Part shown: in pieces, positions 26,766 through 42,569 of the stretch | How positions within the stretch are numbered: the stretch's first letter is position 1 | Layout: each line of letters starts with the position of its first letter | Assembly (NCBI GenBank): GCA_964016885.1 | Contig: OZ024752.1 | Coordinates: forward strand, 2,480,001 to 2,544,000 | Direction: 5' to 3' | Length of the DNA stretch: 64,000 nt | Source: Eledone cirrhosa | Taxonomy: Eukaryota | The notes under the pieces: generated by a model | The model's input: the letters and a program-made list of their open reading frames with translations, nothing else | What the model was told of the DNA's origin: nothing | The model's database searches: none | Translations under genes and position numbers: made by a program

Positions 26766-27962
26766 GACTTCCTGGCTCCCTCTCAAGATGACATGCAACA
26801 CATTCTGGATTGTTCCGCAAATTCTTGTAATGCCTATGACATGAAAATTAGTCTAAAAAAGACCAAAGTAATGTTCATCCCATCACCAGGAGAGGCATAT
26901 ATTGAGCCATATATATGGAAGTAAGTTGGGTGTAGTTGACACTTTTGTTTACATGGTTAGTGCATTATCAAGGGATAGTTCACTGGATGCAGAAATACAC
27001 CTGCGCTTTCAGAAGGTTTCTATAGCCTTCGGATTATTTGAAAAGAGAGTGAGAGTGGATCCTGTCATCAATATCATGACTAAGATTTCTGTGTCTAAGG
27101 CCTGCATTCTGAGTGCTCTGTTGTACTATTCGGAAACGTAACCAGTGCATCATAGACACCTTAATTTGCTTGAACATTTTAATCAAAATTGTTTAAAACG
27201 AAGCCTAAACTTCAAATGGCAACAGAAAATACCTGATATAGAATTGCTTATAGATGTTAGTTACATATCCTCTCAAATGATTTGGGTAGGCCATGTAGTG
27301 CGCATGAATGAGGATAGGCTACCCAAACAAATATTGTACAGTCAATTGCACACTGGAAACGCCCTCAGCACAAACCAAGTAAAATATATAATGATTGCAC
27401 AAACACAACCTTAAATATCTATTGTTTGAAGTTCAGAACTGGGAAGTGCTTGCTTTAAAGAGGGGTAAATGGATAGGTCATGTGAAGGAAGGCTGCATGA
27501 TGTTGAAAAGAGAGGTGCTTGATCATTTAAAAAATCTTAAACATCAGGTTTCAAAAGGCCACAGTATGAATCTTAATACGAACATAGGGAGCTGGATTTG
27601 TGACGTGTGCCTTCGTTTGCTGCTCTCTAAATCTGAGTACATCACTCAATTAAAGTCACATAAAAAGCGAACTGAATGCAGCTCTATCCATCCAATGCTA
27701 GATGAGACAACGTGTGTGGTGTGCAAAAAGAACTCCTAATCAATCTCTAGTCTTAAAAGGTATATGAGGGTACATATGGATGACATTCCACAAACTGACC
27801 CACTCACTCCAAAAGAGGTCACAAATGTTGTCTGTCACATTTGCTGCAAACTGTACAAATCTAATGCTGGACTTATAATCAACACAAGGAGCCATGGACG
27901 GTGGTTTGGAGTTGGAGATGGTTGATGGGGAGACGGCAACTATCTGCAAATATGAAGCAATC
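26766..27962 (+). mobile_element. 5'-truncated RTE-clade LINE, RT C-terminal part with C2H2-like fingers
   Basis: Motifs KISLKKTKVM, FVYMVSALS..SLDAEI..R, YYSET, WVGHVVRMNEDRLPKQILYSQL, followed by three CxxC...H units. Frameshifted. Confidence 0.85.
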
Positions 27963-29582
27963 ACTATATATCTAAATATATCTATATATATATATACATA
28001 TATAAATAGAGAGAGAGGGACAGGGGGAGATAGGGAGAGAGAGCGAGCGTAACAGACGTTTGTTTGTGTTTTTATGCATCAACATCGAATGGAATCATAA
28101 TTTGCATTGTCTTCCACCATTTCCCTTAAACTCGAGTCTCCAATATAGTTTTGATTTTCCTTCTTCACTGCAAGATTAATGAATTAAGTATTTACGTCGA
28201 TATTATTGATAATATTACGATGTATCCTGGAAGCTACGTAAAGCTCTAGCCTTCCATTGTATAATCAGGAACAAAAAAATATTCCAGATTACATACATTC
28301 GACTGTACAATTTCTCTTTGTATCTTAGCTTGTTCATGTGTTTCTGCCCTAACAATTTCGCTTACTAAACCCAATATAACATTGAAGAATATTAATTGAT
28401 CAGCATTTCTATCAGTATATTTCTCTAACACACTGTCTAACACACACCCTCTCACTCTCAATTTAATACATCTAAATATCTGGTTGTTTTCTCTTCATCA
28501 ACCTCACAATCTATCAATAAATCAATCAGTGATCAGTGCCTATATGCCTATTTATCATAATCTTATATGTATAACAATAGGCGTGTGCTAAATATTTATA
28601 TGTATACATATGTGTGTATGTGTATATGTGAACGCCATCACAGTAGTTTAATCAACACATCATAAAAAAACAAGGTCCCATATCACAAATTGTAGATGAA
28701 TTTTCTAGCCGTTTAACAAATTCACGGTCAACGTAGCCTTATTATGTTACATTCGTCTAAAATTGATCTGCAGCATGATCCGGTAAACTATATCTAATGA
28801 TCTTAATAACCACTATCTCTCTTCATTGATGTGTCTCATCTTTCTATAAATGTTATCTCGTCCTTATACTTCCGAGATAACATGTATATAAAGTTCAAAC
28901 ATCGTATACAACAGGAGATGAAACATTCACTGTGGTGTGAGGCGTGTAGTTCTATTATTTTCATTAAATGGATATTCCTACGCATCTAATGATGAGTTAC
29001 ATTTTTTTTATCGAGAAATCATTCGACTGCATATTTCTTATTGCGTATTAATCAAACGAGCAGAGAAAATGGCCATTGCACATTTCAGTTTTATAAGGTG
29101 CTCATCCCCAGTCCAGATAACTGATTTGAATGGTTGCAACGAATTGTTTCCGCTAAAAGCATCCAATAATTAGCAATTTATATATAAACCGAGAAACGTG
29201 TTCTATTTAAATTCGAAAATCGGGAAAGGCTTCTCTGAAATATTTCACTTATTATGTTTCGGCAGATTTTTAGGCATATAACAAAAAAATCAAAAGCACG
29301 TTTACTATCCATGCCGACATACAGACACATACGCACGCACGCGCACACATAAATATTTGTGTGTGTGTGAGTGTAATTTGAGGAAAGTATTCCGTGCGGC
29401 CAAAATAAAAGTATAAATAAAGGAAGACGAAGAACATAATATCAGACGAAACACATGAATATCTTTTTTTCATCAGTCGAGATCTTCATGTTTCCAGCAA
29501 TTTTAAGGTCGATACCACAAGTTTCTGTGCTCATGGGACAGTAGCATATTGACATAGACAGCCTGAATGGTCTTTCCAATAT

Positions 29583-29660
<78 letters not shown>

Positions 29661-29683
29661 CAAAATAAATATATATATACATA

Positions 29684-29760
<77 letters not shown>

Positions 29761-29765
<5 letters not shown>

Positions 29766-30510
29766 TATAAAGTATGTCCATTGATCATTTAATAATATAT
29801 ATACACCATTTCCTCTCCCAATTACCATAATTAACCACGCGAAAATTCAATTAGACCAGGCTATAAGATTAAAAGGCACCTATGAAAAAATAGTAGATAC
29901 ATAAACGACACCAATCTCTTCGCGACCAACCGCCATAGAATATTTACCCAACATTTCAACAGCACGTGGAAATCGATTAAATATACCGTCAACCATACAC
30001 AATTAGGTATGAAATGAAAGTTAGGAGAAAAAATGCATATATACATACCAGGATCACGTGCCTACCTTAGAGTTTCATTCGCTTTCGGAAATATCCTATT
30101 AAGGATAAAATCTTGAGCTTCGAACTCATCAGGAAACAAACACATTTGGACAAAGGATTTTCTTAAGTGATCTCCGCCAGAAACGATTTCAAAATGGCTA
30201 AGAACTGTGACCTGACAGTGGTCAAGTCAGAAAGAATGTTATTGGTTGCTTACGGCGAGAGGGCTGGTTGCTAGAAAGCGTAGCCCAATATTGCCCAAAT
30301 TGCATCTCAACCTTATAGATTATTAAATATAAAGATTTACATAAACAAAATAACCGATGTTTTGGCAACCATTCACGATGTGGCTCAATGATGAATTAAT
30401 AATTTAAATAATCAGAGCAATATACTATAAAGTATGTCCATAGAATCATTTGATAATATATATACACCATTTCCTCTCCCAATTAACAGAATTGACCACA
30501 CAAAATATCA
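29761..30510 (-). mobile_element. (TA)n-flanked element with 64-bp terminal direct repeats and decayed hammerhead
   Basis: 29761-29824 is repeated at 30421-30484. Minus strand GTTTC-CTGATGA...TCC-GAAAGCGAAT-GAAAC at 30073-30137. Confidence 0.55.
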
Positions 30511-30520
30511 ATTATATATA

Positions 30521-30656
<136 letters not shown>

Positions 30657-31110
30657 GTCATAATAATAGATTTGAGGTCTAAAATCTGAAGAGGGATCAA
30701 ATATATAAGAACCGTAGAGTAAATAGTTAGAATTCTTGTCTACGATTTCAGTTACACCATTTACCCCGCTACACATATGACGTATTTTCTTCGTATTTTC
30801 CGTTCATTGCCAGAGAACGTCTCTATGAACCACCTAATACAATATTGGTCTACAACTTATTTCATACGATAAACGTAGTTTTGTCTTTGCGTGTAATTGA
30901 TTTTCCCCGCTCGGGATAATGACGTATTATATTCGTTTTTTTCCGTTCTTTGCCAGCGAACGTTTCCACGAACCAAAGTATCGTCTTCCTGTCTTCTGCC
31001 GGCTGCAAAGTTTTTTGAAATATTCACTTCTGCATTCACAGATTGACTTTGTTAGTTTCAGAAGATCCCGTTATGGGTGAAAGCAGCGACTCTTTACTTA
31101 AACTTTAATA
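30657..31110 (+). mobile_element. PLE family A pLTR with short inverted tail
   Basis: 30726-31110 matches 45625-46040, and 30657-30725 is an inverted copy of the family tail. Confidence 0.85.
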
Positions 31111-31125
31111 TGTTACTTTAATAAA

Positions 31126-31211
<86 letters not shown>

Positions 31212-31214
<3 letters not shown>

Positions 31215-31681
31215 CGTTTCTGAATTAGTTTAGTAAGATTCTCTATCTGAGAAAGTGTGTTGAAATCGATATTGTTATACTTTGCGAAGGTTATGTTGCC
31301 AATAAGAAACACACGCACCAGTTGATTTCACTTCAATTTATTATAATACATTTATAAATTTAGGAATTTATAAATTACTGGTTGGTCGGTTGGTTCCACA
31401 ACCAGATGATTGTTTATATATTGTTAAAATTCTTTCGAAGATGGGGTAGGACAGAAAAAGGAGAGACACAAAAACAAAGAAAAGAATTCCCAGTCACTGA
31501 AGAGGTCACATAATGTGTGACGAAAGAACTTTGACAATATATAAACAATCATATGGTTGTGGAACCAACCAACCAACCAGAAATTTATAAATTCCTAAAC
31601 TTATAAATTTATTATAATAAATTGAAGTGAAAGCTGCTGGTGCGTGTGTTTCTTATTGGCAACATCACCCTCCCAAAGTAT

Positions 31682-31688
<7 letters not shown>
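31212..31688. mobile_element. PLE family B fold-back element
   Basis: Inverted arms ~31268-31438 and ~31522-31688, homologous to 47087-47400. Hammerhead GTCA-CTGAAGA-GGTCACA TAATG TGTGAC-GAAAGAACTT-TGAC at 31493-31535. Confidence 0.85.
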
Positions 31689-31756
<68 letters not shown>

Positions 31757-31792
31757 ATATATATATATATATACATAATATATATATACATA

Positions 31793-31883
<91 letters not shown>

Positions 31884-31891
31884 TTTTGTAA

Positions 31892-32064
31892 AATAACAGA
31901 TTACAATTTAAGCAAATAATCGCTACTTTCACTCTTAACGATTCTTTGCTTAATCTTTAATCTGTCATTTTAATAAATATTTGCTCTAGAGTTTTTATAT
32001 ATTTGAAATATATTTATCCTTATCGAGCCCTCTTTGTAATTTAGGTTTTCACATTTAGTATTAT

Positions 32065-32068
<4 letters not shown>
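31892..32068 (+). mobile_element. PLE family A mini fold-back
   Basis: Short inverted arms around ~31935, plus the family A tail (CCTTATCGAGCCCTCTTTG). Confidence 0.8.
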
Positions 32069-32144
<76 letters not shown>

Positions 32145-32187
32145 CATATATATATATATATATATATATTACATATACATATATGTG

Positions 32188-32234
<47 letters not shown>

Positions 32235-32524
32235 TTATTTATTTATATTCCCCTTATGTCAGCACTGTTTGTTTGGGTATGCTTGTTGTTGTTATTCCAT
32301 TCTTTATTTCTGTCTGTTCAACTTAGGTATTCTTAGTTCTTTCTCATTTGCTTCGCTGATTTACCTACTTGTTGAGTCAATTCTATGCCTAGATATTATT
32401 TTAATTTCTATGTTGTCTATATTACCGTCATGCTTTTGTCTGGCGTGTTCATATAGTACTGAACCGTTTTTTTCGTCCTTTTCATATTATTATAAATATT
32501 GCCAGAAATAAAAACAGGACACAC

Positions 32525-32585
<61 letters not shown>

Positions 32586-32610
32586 CATTTATATATATAT
32601 ATATAAATAC

Positions 32611-32643
<33 letters not shown>

Positions 32644-32649
32644 CATTAC

Positions 32650-32681
<32 letters not shown>

Positions 32682-32784
32682 GTCTGCATTTATGTATGCA
32701 TACATGTTCAATGTTTTTGCAAGTTATATCGTAGACAGAAAACGAGATGTCAAAAACAAAGTATGTACTGGATTCGATATGCCC

Positions 32785-32850
32785 GACTAAGCGGTGCCCC
32801 AGTATGGCATAGTCTAACTACTGACTTCATTCAAAATAACTATGATTAAA
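32785..32850 (+). mobile_element. SINE/LINE 3' tail fragment
   Basis: GCGGTGCCCCAGTATGGCATAGTCTAACTACTGA resembles, from memory, the 3' tail of octopod SINEs. Confidence 0.4.
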
Positions 32851-32928
32851 TATATAGAGTAACAGAGACATTCATAAATACACCAAAATACACAGTCACA
32901 TATGACATTTGCATTAATAGTTATAAAA

Positions 32929-33105
32929 TAAGTGTTCCTAATTTTGGCACAAGGCCAACAATTATTTCAGTGCATTACACGTACTTTATTTTATCGAACC
33001 CTTAATGATGAAAGGCAAAGTTAACATCGACGGGATTTGAACTCAGATCATAAAGGGCCGTATCTCTTTGTTGCTAAGCATGGTGTCTGAGTCTCTACCG
33101 ATACT
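32929..33105 (-). mobile_element. SINE copy
   Basis: GATGAAAGGCAAAGTTAACATCGACGGGATTTGAACTCAG core. Confidence 0.85.
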
Positions 33106-34519
33106 ATAGAATGGAATGTTTTAATTATATGTCTGCTCAATCAGAAAGCCAGTTCAATGACATCAATATATTGTGATGATAGTGCCGCAGCATGAGCTCA
33201 ATCGTGATTCTTAATACATCTGAATAATAATGTCTATTGTTTGCCACAAGATCATGCCAGTATTGTATTCAACACTTCAACTGCTACTACACATTACAAC
33301 CAGGCAATCACTGACATAAGAACTACAAAGAACCACTACTTACATTTTTGAACAACCTCCTTCACCACTATAGCTTCTAGAAAATACTTATGATAGTTTT
33401 CATGACTACAATCCACTACCGTTATATTTCTACCATCATAAGCCCCCCCCCCCCCTATTCTACCACATAACTGACATCACCATCATCAGAACTAAAGCAA
33501 CCATAACTAACATTCAACTAATGTTTGTATTTGCTATTATCAGCTCCCAACCATAACTACATTCAATTTCAAACCCAGCCCCATTAATATTTAGAGTTAT
33601 CCCTACCACATCTGATACTCCCATCAGTCACAATCAACTACTCAACTCTTACCCACCTTTTAATTACAAATTGATGCTTCTACACAGAATGGCATTATAT
33701 TTACTCGTTGAAAAATAAAGGAAATGCTTTGGTTCAGCGTTTATATGAAAGACGGCGTAGTACGTTCAATTTGAATTGGATCTGGTTCAGTGGGCTCCTG
33801 AATGTTGCAATATAGGAGGTGGAAGGGATGAAGCCATGGTCGAAGACCCGATGGTTGGATTTAATTTCGAGGGATGGGTGTGGGATTAACTATGTGGCGA
33901 GGTATTTAATTAAACATGGACATGGGAAGATATTGGTGAGGCGATAGTGATAGGATAATAGAAAGCGTTGAGCTTGCACTTAACAGAAAGAGTGAGAACA
34001 AAAAAAAAAGAATTTGGTGAAACTGGAAGAATGCTGGAAGTATGTATAGGGGATATGGAAAGGATAAACATGGATACACAGAGAGGAGAGAGAGAGAGTT
34101 CTTGTTAACAGCAAGGGAATTTCAGAGAGTGCTTGAAAGGAACGGATGTTAGAGACATGACAAAGGAAGTGATAGACAGGGAGAGAGAAATAAAACATAA
34201 AAATAAAGAGAGTGTGGAAGAGAAATAAATCTAAAAAGAGATGGAACGAATGATTACAGAAAGGGAAAATGTAATAAAATAACATCTTTGTTCTTAGTTA
34301 AAACCAAGCCTGACGTGATCGAACGGAGTTATGATAAAAGCTGTTCCTGTACTGGCAATCATATTATTCGTATCTAGGAAGATATTATCCAATCACTTGT
34401 TTTAACGATTGTGGGGTGCGATTTCATAAAGTAAACTACTGTTAAGCGCAAAAATAAAAATGTTTAGATATGGGACAAATAGCACCAGAGTCACACGTTT
34501 GACTGTAGAAAGTGTGCTG

Positions 34520-35407
34520 TACGAGGTTTGTCAGAAAAGTCCCCGGACTAATGTCACAAAAGCTTTATTTCAAACCCAAACTTCACACTAAGAGTTTTCT
34601 CCTTCAAAGTAATCCCCTGGAGTATGTAACTCTAATCTTAGCTCTCTGCAGCGATCACACTTTTTTCTTCATCATTTTATATACATATCCTCTGTTTCAG
34701 GTCGTCAAGCAATGAGCACAGAGCAACGAACAAACTCGAAAACTCAGTCAGAAGCACTGAGATTGCTGCAGCAAGTGTATGGAGATGTGACGATGTCAGG
34801 CTCACGTGTTTTTGAGTGGTGCAAAGAAGGATGCTAGGACGTGGAAGATGATCCCAGTAGCGGAAGGCCCTCAACAACCAGGACTGAGGTCAACGTTGAG
34901 CGCGTCAGGCAGATGGTTGGTAGCGATCGTCGGATGACACTTCGACTGATGGCAAATGAGCTGGGCATGAATCGGCACATCGTCTAGAAGATTCTCACTG
35001 AAGGTTTGGACAGAAGGAAAGTCTGCGCGAAGATGGTTGCAAAACTGCTGAACGATGACCAGAAGGGTCAACGCATGCATGTGTGCCAGGACATCCTCGA
35101 GCGTCTTGAAACCGAACCAGACTTGCTAGGGAGAGTCATCACCGGTGATCAGTCATGGATCTTCGAGTACGATACGAAGAGGGCCCGCTTTGAATACGTG
35201 GACGACATCAAAACGACTGTGACGACGAAACTGCGGAGGATCCCGGAAGAACCTTCCAGGAGTGTATGCAAGCGTGGCAAGAAAGGATGGAAAAGTGCAT
35301 TAGACTCCAGGGGGATTACTTTGAAGGAGAACACTCTTAGTGTGAAGTTTGGGTTTGAAATCAATCTTTATGACATCAGTCCTGGAACGTTTCTGACACA
35401 CCTCGTA
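34520..35407 (+). mobile_element. Internally deleted mariner (Tc1/mariner) element
   Basis: Ends TA|CGAGGTTTGTCAGAAA...TTTCTGACACACCTCG|TA, with inverted ends of ~105 bp. Transposase pieces SGRPST, RKVCAKMVAKLL, ITGDQSWIFEYD, GDYFEG. Most of the catalytic region is deleted at ~35180. Confidence 0.92.
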
Positions 35408-35929
35408 TGTGAGAGATGAGATTGAATAGAAAGCATGGGAATGGAAGATACATCAGGAGATAAAAGCGAGATACAGCACAAATAAAAAAAAATGACGGGA
35501 GAAGAGAAAGCGCAGTATATAACGTCCGAAAGTTTAAGAGGGCAGCTATAAGAGAAAACCTACCCCAACTTGTTCTTGTGTTTTAGTCTTTGCATCTGAA
35601 GCTCTGATCGCCTGTGCAAATTCCTTGGTCGGGACAATATAGTAAGAATGTCGGTTATGCAACGCTTTTGTTTTCTTGAAGGTCACACTACACACTACGA
35701 TTTGATATATTTTATTGTTAATGTATTTTCCTTTTCACTACTTTTCTTTCTGTCTTATATTTCTGGGGTGATGGGTATGAAATAGTTTGTTGTTACTACG
35801 TTCTCCATGGCGATAAGCAACGTAGGTGGAGGAAGTATTTTGCAGTTTGAGTTTGCCGGAAGTTTACTTGTTCGATGTTGCTTTGGATAATAAATGGCCC
35901 GTGTGAAAGATAATGAGAGGAACATTTAC

Positions 35930-36100
35930 GACAGTAAAACCAGGAAATGAAAAAGTCATCTGGTTCGTTCTTTCATTTTAAATGAATAGAGTGAACAATA
36001 TGATTAGAAATACTATTATGCTGATAAAAATGTCATTTCCTCATTGACCACGAGTACTACACGCTAGTTAACAAAAGCAATCTAGAGGCTATCTAGTTTC
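35930..36100 (+). mobile_element. Decayed PLE RT-endonuclease linker remnant
   Basis: Reads EKVIWFVLSF*MNRVNNMIRNTIMLIKMSFP, similar to the PLE IIWFNPPFS.NV.TNIG..FL.LI.KHFP segment. Confidence 0.4.
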
Positions 36101-37072
36101 AGGAAAATATTTCCATTATAATATATCTGAACAGAAGTAAGCAAGAACTCGGTTGATAAGCTATCCCCATTAGAAGGATGTGTGTATTGTAACACTATTT
36201 TATATCTACTGAATTACAAGTTTCACACAATGTCACTAACCTACAGAGTTAAGCTATCATTCAGGTCACAGTAATTTCATGTAAGTCTGTACTCACAGCA
36301 AATCACAGTACTTTTCATAGAGAAACAAACAGAATAGTGCTTTCTACCAGTGTATATAATAAAATATACTTGAGTAGGTAACGCCCAATAATTTGATTCT
36401 GAATTGAAAATTCTTACGGTTGTGTCAACTGATTGAGCAGTAGAACATTTCTGTTTTTTTGTTATCGTTCAATCTTGTATACATAACAAACAAATATCCA
36501 GCATTTCGAACACTGTTACGAAGAAACAACATTCGAATAGTATAATCTAACGAACGATCTATCTAAGAGAAATTCAAATTCAAAGAAATATCTAGTTAAA
36601 TTTAACGTATTTGAATTCGATTAAATGTCTGTTAAAAATAAACAGATATATATGTCGCTTCTTTTGTCTAGCAGAAGCATATAAATAATCGTACATTATA
36701 ACGAGCTGCTACAAAAATGCACGATCTCTTGCGAAATATTGAAAACTAGAAGCTATAGCTGAAAAATGTTTCGCCTGCGGTCTGTATGAAGTACACAGTA
36801 TTATGGTATTGTCCATTATGCTCAAGCCTAAATTGATTAAACTGAAGTGATATTAGAATATTACAAATATTTATTATATATAGATGAGAAGTAAAAATAT
36901 AACAAATACCAGTCCTACATGCCTTGCACTATCACGAAGGGCAGATTCGGTCAAGAAATTGCGAGAAAAGTAACGTTTCGTAGAATGGTATACTAATTAA
37001 CATAATTAGTATTTAAGAATCTGCATACGCACGAAAACACACACACTCACACACAGACACACACACACAAAC

Positions 37073-38088
<1,016 letters not shown>

Positions 38089-38125
38089 TTTCTACCATAT
38101 ACAATGCATCAAGTAAACTACAAAT

Positions 38126-38179
38126 CCCGTTGAGGTTGAATGCAGCGATTCTTTGCTTACACTTTAATCTGTTATTTTA

Positions 38180-38184
<5 letters not shown>
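38126..38184 (+). mobile_element. PLE family A fragment (3' half of hammerhead)
   Basis: GCAGCGATTCTTTGCTTACACTTTAATCTGTTATTTTAATAAAT followed by (TA)n. Confidence 0.75.
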
Positions 38185-38814
<630 letters not shown>

Positions 38815-38903
38815 GCATACATACAAACACCAATACTTTCGAAAACATGAACACACACACATATAAATATATGCAGGCCACACAGATAGCGAGAATCTAA
38901 AAT

Positions 38904-39092
38904 GATTGTTTCTACTTTTGGCACAAGGCCATCAATTACTCAGTACATTACTGGTACTTTATTTTATCGACCTTGTAGGGATGAAAGGCAGAGTTAACCT
39001 CGACGCGATTTGAACTCAGAATGGTAAGGGACGTAACTATATGCGTCAAAGCATAGCGTCCGACCCTCTACCGATACTGCCAATCCACTCCT
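38904..39092 (-). mobile_element. SINE copy
   Basis: Full core and head. Confidence 0.88.
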
Positions 39093-39619
39093 AAAATAAT
39101 GAATTAAAACAAGACAGATTGAAAAAAAGAAAAGAAGAAAGGAAACATAAGAGTCAATCGTGTACAGGAAATAAATATATTGGCTGGCTGTTAGATTCTA
39201 AGGAATGTCGATGTTAACGGAAGCAACTCTACTGAATGTGGCTATCTTTTGTTCTTGTCGAACAGTCTTTCCTTCCCAACCTCCCTCGTTATTCCCCCTC
39301 TTTTCATGTTGACGTTGCTCTCAAACGCTAGCATCTTCTAACAGATTCCTTCTATGTTATTGTCAACTTGTCAAACAACGACTATATCTATAGATATTGG
39401 TGTCAGATTTGAGAGCCTTCACGTTCGATCGTCTGCTAACTTACAATTCTACTTCGTTTTCTTTTAGTTGTTGCTCTAGTTGTACAATATTTTTTGTTGA
39501 TTTTTCTTCTACTTCTCATTATAAACATTTTTTTTTTGTGGTAGTGTTAGGGGCAGTGGTGGCGTTGTGTGTCTGTGCGTTTCTTTAGATTCTGTCGATT
39601 TTATTGTTGTTGTTGTTTT

Positions 39620-39641
39620 TCTTCTTCTTCTTCTTCTTCTT

Positions 39642-39672
<31 letters not shown>

Positions 39673-39758
39673 TTCTTCTTCTTCTTCTTCTTCTTCTTCT
39701 CCTTCTTCTTCTTCTTCTTCTTCTTCTTCTTCTTCTTCTTCTTCTTCTTCTTCTTCTT

Positions 39759-39823
<65 letters not shown>
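39620..39823. repeat. Compound microsatellite (TTC)n(TTA)n
   Basis: Directly visible. Confidence 0.97.
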
Positions 39824-39824
<1 letters not shown>

Positions 39825-40645
39825 GACTGACTTGATCAAACGTACCTAACTTTCCTCCGATCTATATGTATGTAATTCAATAGTAACTGAAAGAAACAAT
39901 TTTCGTACGAATTTTCTTTTTAAACATCGAATTTCATTGGACGCTACAGAATGTTCCACCATATCTGCACCAGTTTCCATTTTTCTCTGATAATGTAAAT
40001 TCTGATAAAATAAAATTCCAACCGTTGCACAGAACACTGTTCGAAACAAAACTAAATAATACGAGAAAAGCAACAAACATGATTAATAATCTTCTGATTT
40101 TTATAAGCAAAGAAAAATTAAAACTATGGTTCAGCAAAATTTCTTAATCTTATGAACTATATATTTGGCAAAAGTAATAACAACTGTTACAATGACAATA
40201 ATAACCAAACCAAAATCGAGAATAACAAATATACTGACATAGCAATGATATCCTCATCAGCAAAAAGTACATTAGAGTTCGTTACACGATTGATAATGTT
40301 CTTGAATGTTCAATATTTATGTTAATTTATGATTTTCACAAGCATACCCTTAAGTAGTTAGGATAACACACAACTGCACCCTCAAACATACACTCTACCG
40401 AATACGCACAGCTAGGGACGAATTCTTGTTTGGTACATAGAGATAGAATATAATGCATCATATATATAGAGATTATGCAAAAAATGCAATCAGTAGCATG
40501 TGCGTAAATGACATTGATTTTCTGATAGGGTTGCTGAATACCCAAATCAAGAACATACATGTTTTATTTTACATATAGATATGGCATAGTCCATCACATA
40601 TAAGTGTAATCTATATCACATTATGTTAATGGCCCAGTCACCACT

Positions 40646-40756
<111 letters not shown>

Positions 40757-41499
40757 TTACATACATACATTCAGGTTGTAAAACCGAGAGATAGAGGTAG
40801 CTAATGTGGTTTTCATCTTTTGTATAACAATGGATTAATGTTACATATATTAAGCCTGGCTCTGTTATTTTTATGTATTTATACATTTTCCATCCTCCGT
40901 GTTGCTATACAATGTTCCTAGTGTTCCGCTTATTCACAGAATAAGTCTCAATATAATTCCAGAAAAATCACTATCTGGCTAACAGCTAACAATGAATAAT
41001 ATAAAACCGGTATATCTACTGCTGTGCAACCAACGATTGATTAACAATAGCTTTATTATTACCGGATTTCACTGGTTAAATTATTTATCTTAAATATCAA
41101 ATAACTGAAAACAACTCATGTTATACATTTACGCCTCAAATATTCTTCCTGATTTTGGGGTAAAGAATAGGTTAAACAATTGCTCAGAATTTCTTCAGTG
41201 TGAAACATGTTTTGCAATAGAGAATTGAGCTGAAGTCACAATATAAACGGGTGAACATTTGAAGAAAGCGGTAGAAGCATTAAACATTTTCCTTAATTCC
41301 AATTCTACTAATTTGATTTATGTTGACTCGAAATTAGGTTAGAAAACCTGTTCATACCGTGCAGTGATGTGAGATCAAAACCGGAACCATATGATTGCAA
41401 TCCGAACTTTTCAAATAAAGAGCATTGTCCGAACAGATCACTAACATAAAAGCTCGAAAGCGTCGCACAGCTTCTGGTCATCCAAATACATGGGCAGTT

Positions 41500-42300
41500 A
41501 AGATGCAGCATTAAATGTAGGGTTCCACGCATACAGAATTCACAATAAACATTCATAACGTTGTCGTGTCTCTACAATTAAAACGTTCGTCGCAAGTAGA
41601 GCATTTCCGCTTCGAGCACACTAAGCAGCCCTTTGTGCAACTGTCTTCTAATACATCTTCATGCTGACTAAATCCTCGTGAATGATGGCATCTGTATGGC
41701 AGACTTTCAGATATGTGATTACTACTCTCGTTTGGTCCATTTAATCGCTTGTTTCAATAATAGTTCTTAGCTTATTCTTCTAACAATAAAAAATCATCCT
41801 TCCTTATCATTAGCTTCTTTTAACTGAGAAGTATACATATGCACTACTCCGCTTTCTTTGATTATAACAATAAAGCAACAAACCAATGATTACTGATACT
41901 ACATCCGATGTTGCCAAGTTTTTTTCACATTGTAATTTACTTTACATTTTTTATTTGTCTCTTCTCATTTGTAAAATTAATAATATAACGCCGATTTATA
42001 TTGTTGCTCGAACTGTCATTCTGTAAATTATTCGTCTGGTGTTGAATCCAGTACAGTTTCTGCCATTGCAGGAGCTGGTAGTGTAATAACCAGAGGAATA
42101 TGCTTAAAGATATACATACAATCATTAAACGTTTAATAATTTCACCGAAGCGTCGAAAATGTATACAAGGAAACCTACAAATTTTATTGATTAAAATACT
42201 TTGTGAAATTTGATAGTTTATGTGTCAATCCAGCAAATCATAGAGAACCTCTTCACAGTGGATTTCCCGACAGAAAATAGAAAATAGAAGACATATTACC
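41500..42300 (-). mobile_element. Possible ancient piggyBac-like transposase remnant
   Basis: Minus strand KGCLVCSKRKCSTCDERFNCRDTTT..SVCVEPY loosely resembles the piggyBac C-terminal Cys-rich domain. Many stops are present and no TIRs were seen. Confidence 0.22.
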
Positions 42301-42569
42301 TAAGCACTTCAAAATCACGACGTGGAGCGTAATATTGTCACGAATATTAAATGCATACATAATAATACACCGACACAAAACATAGGGCTAAAAAACAACT
42401 CCTCTCTCACTAGAACTACATCACAAATCAAAGTAGCCCATTATCATCTGTACAAGATTATGCTCTTGTATTCTACAACATGAAGAGCATGAAAACTATT
42501 CTAAATGTTTTCTGTGTCGCATGTAATGCGAAAAGAGTCACAATCAGTATAAAATAGATTGAGTTCCTA

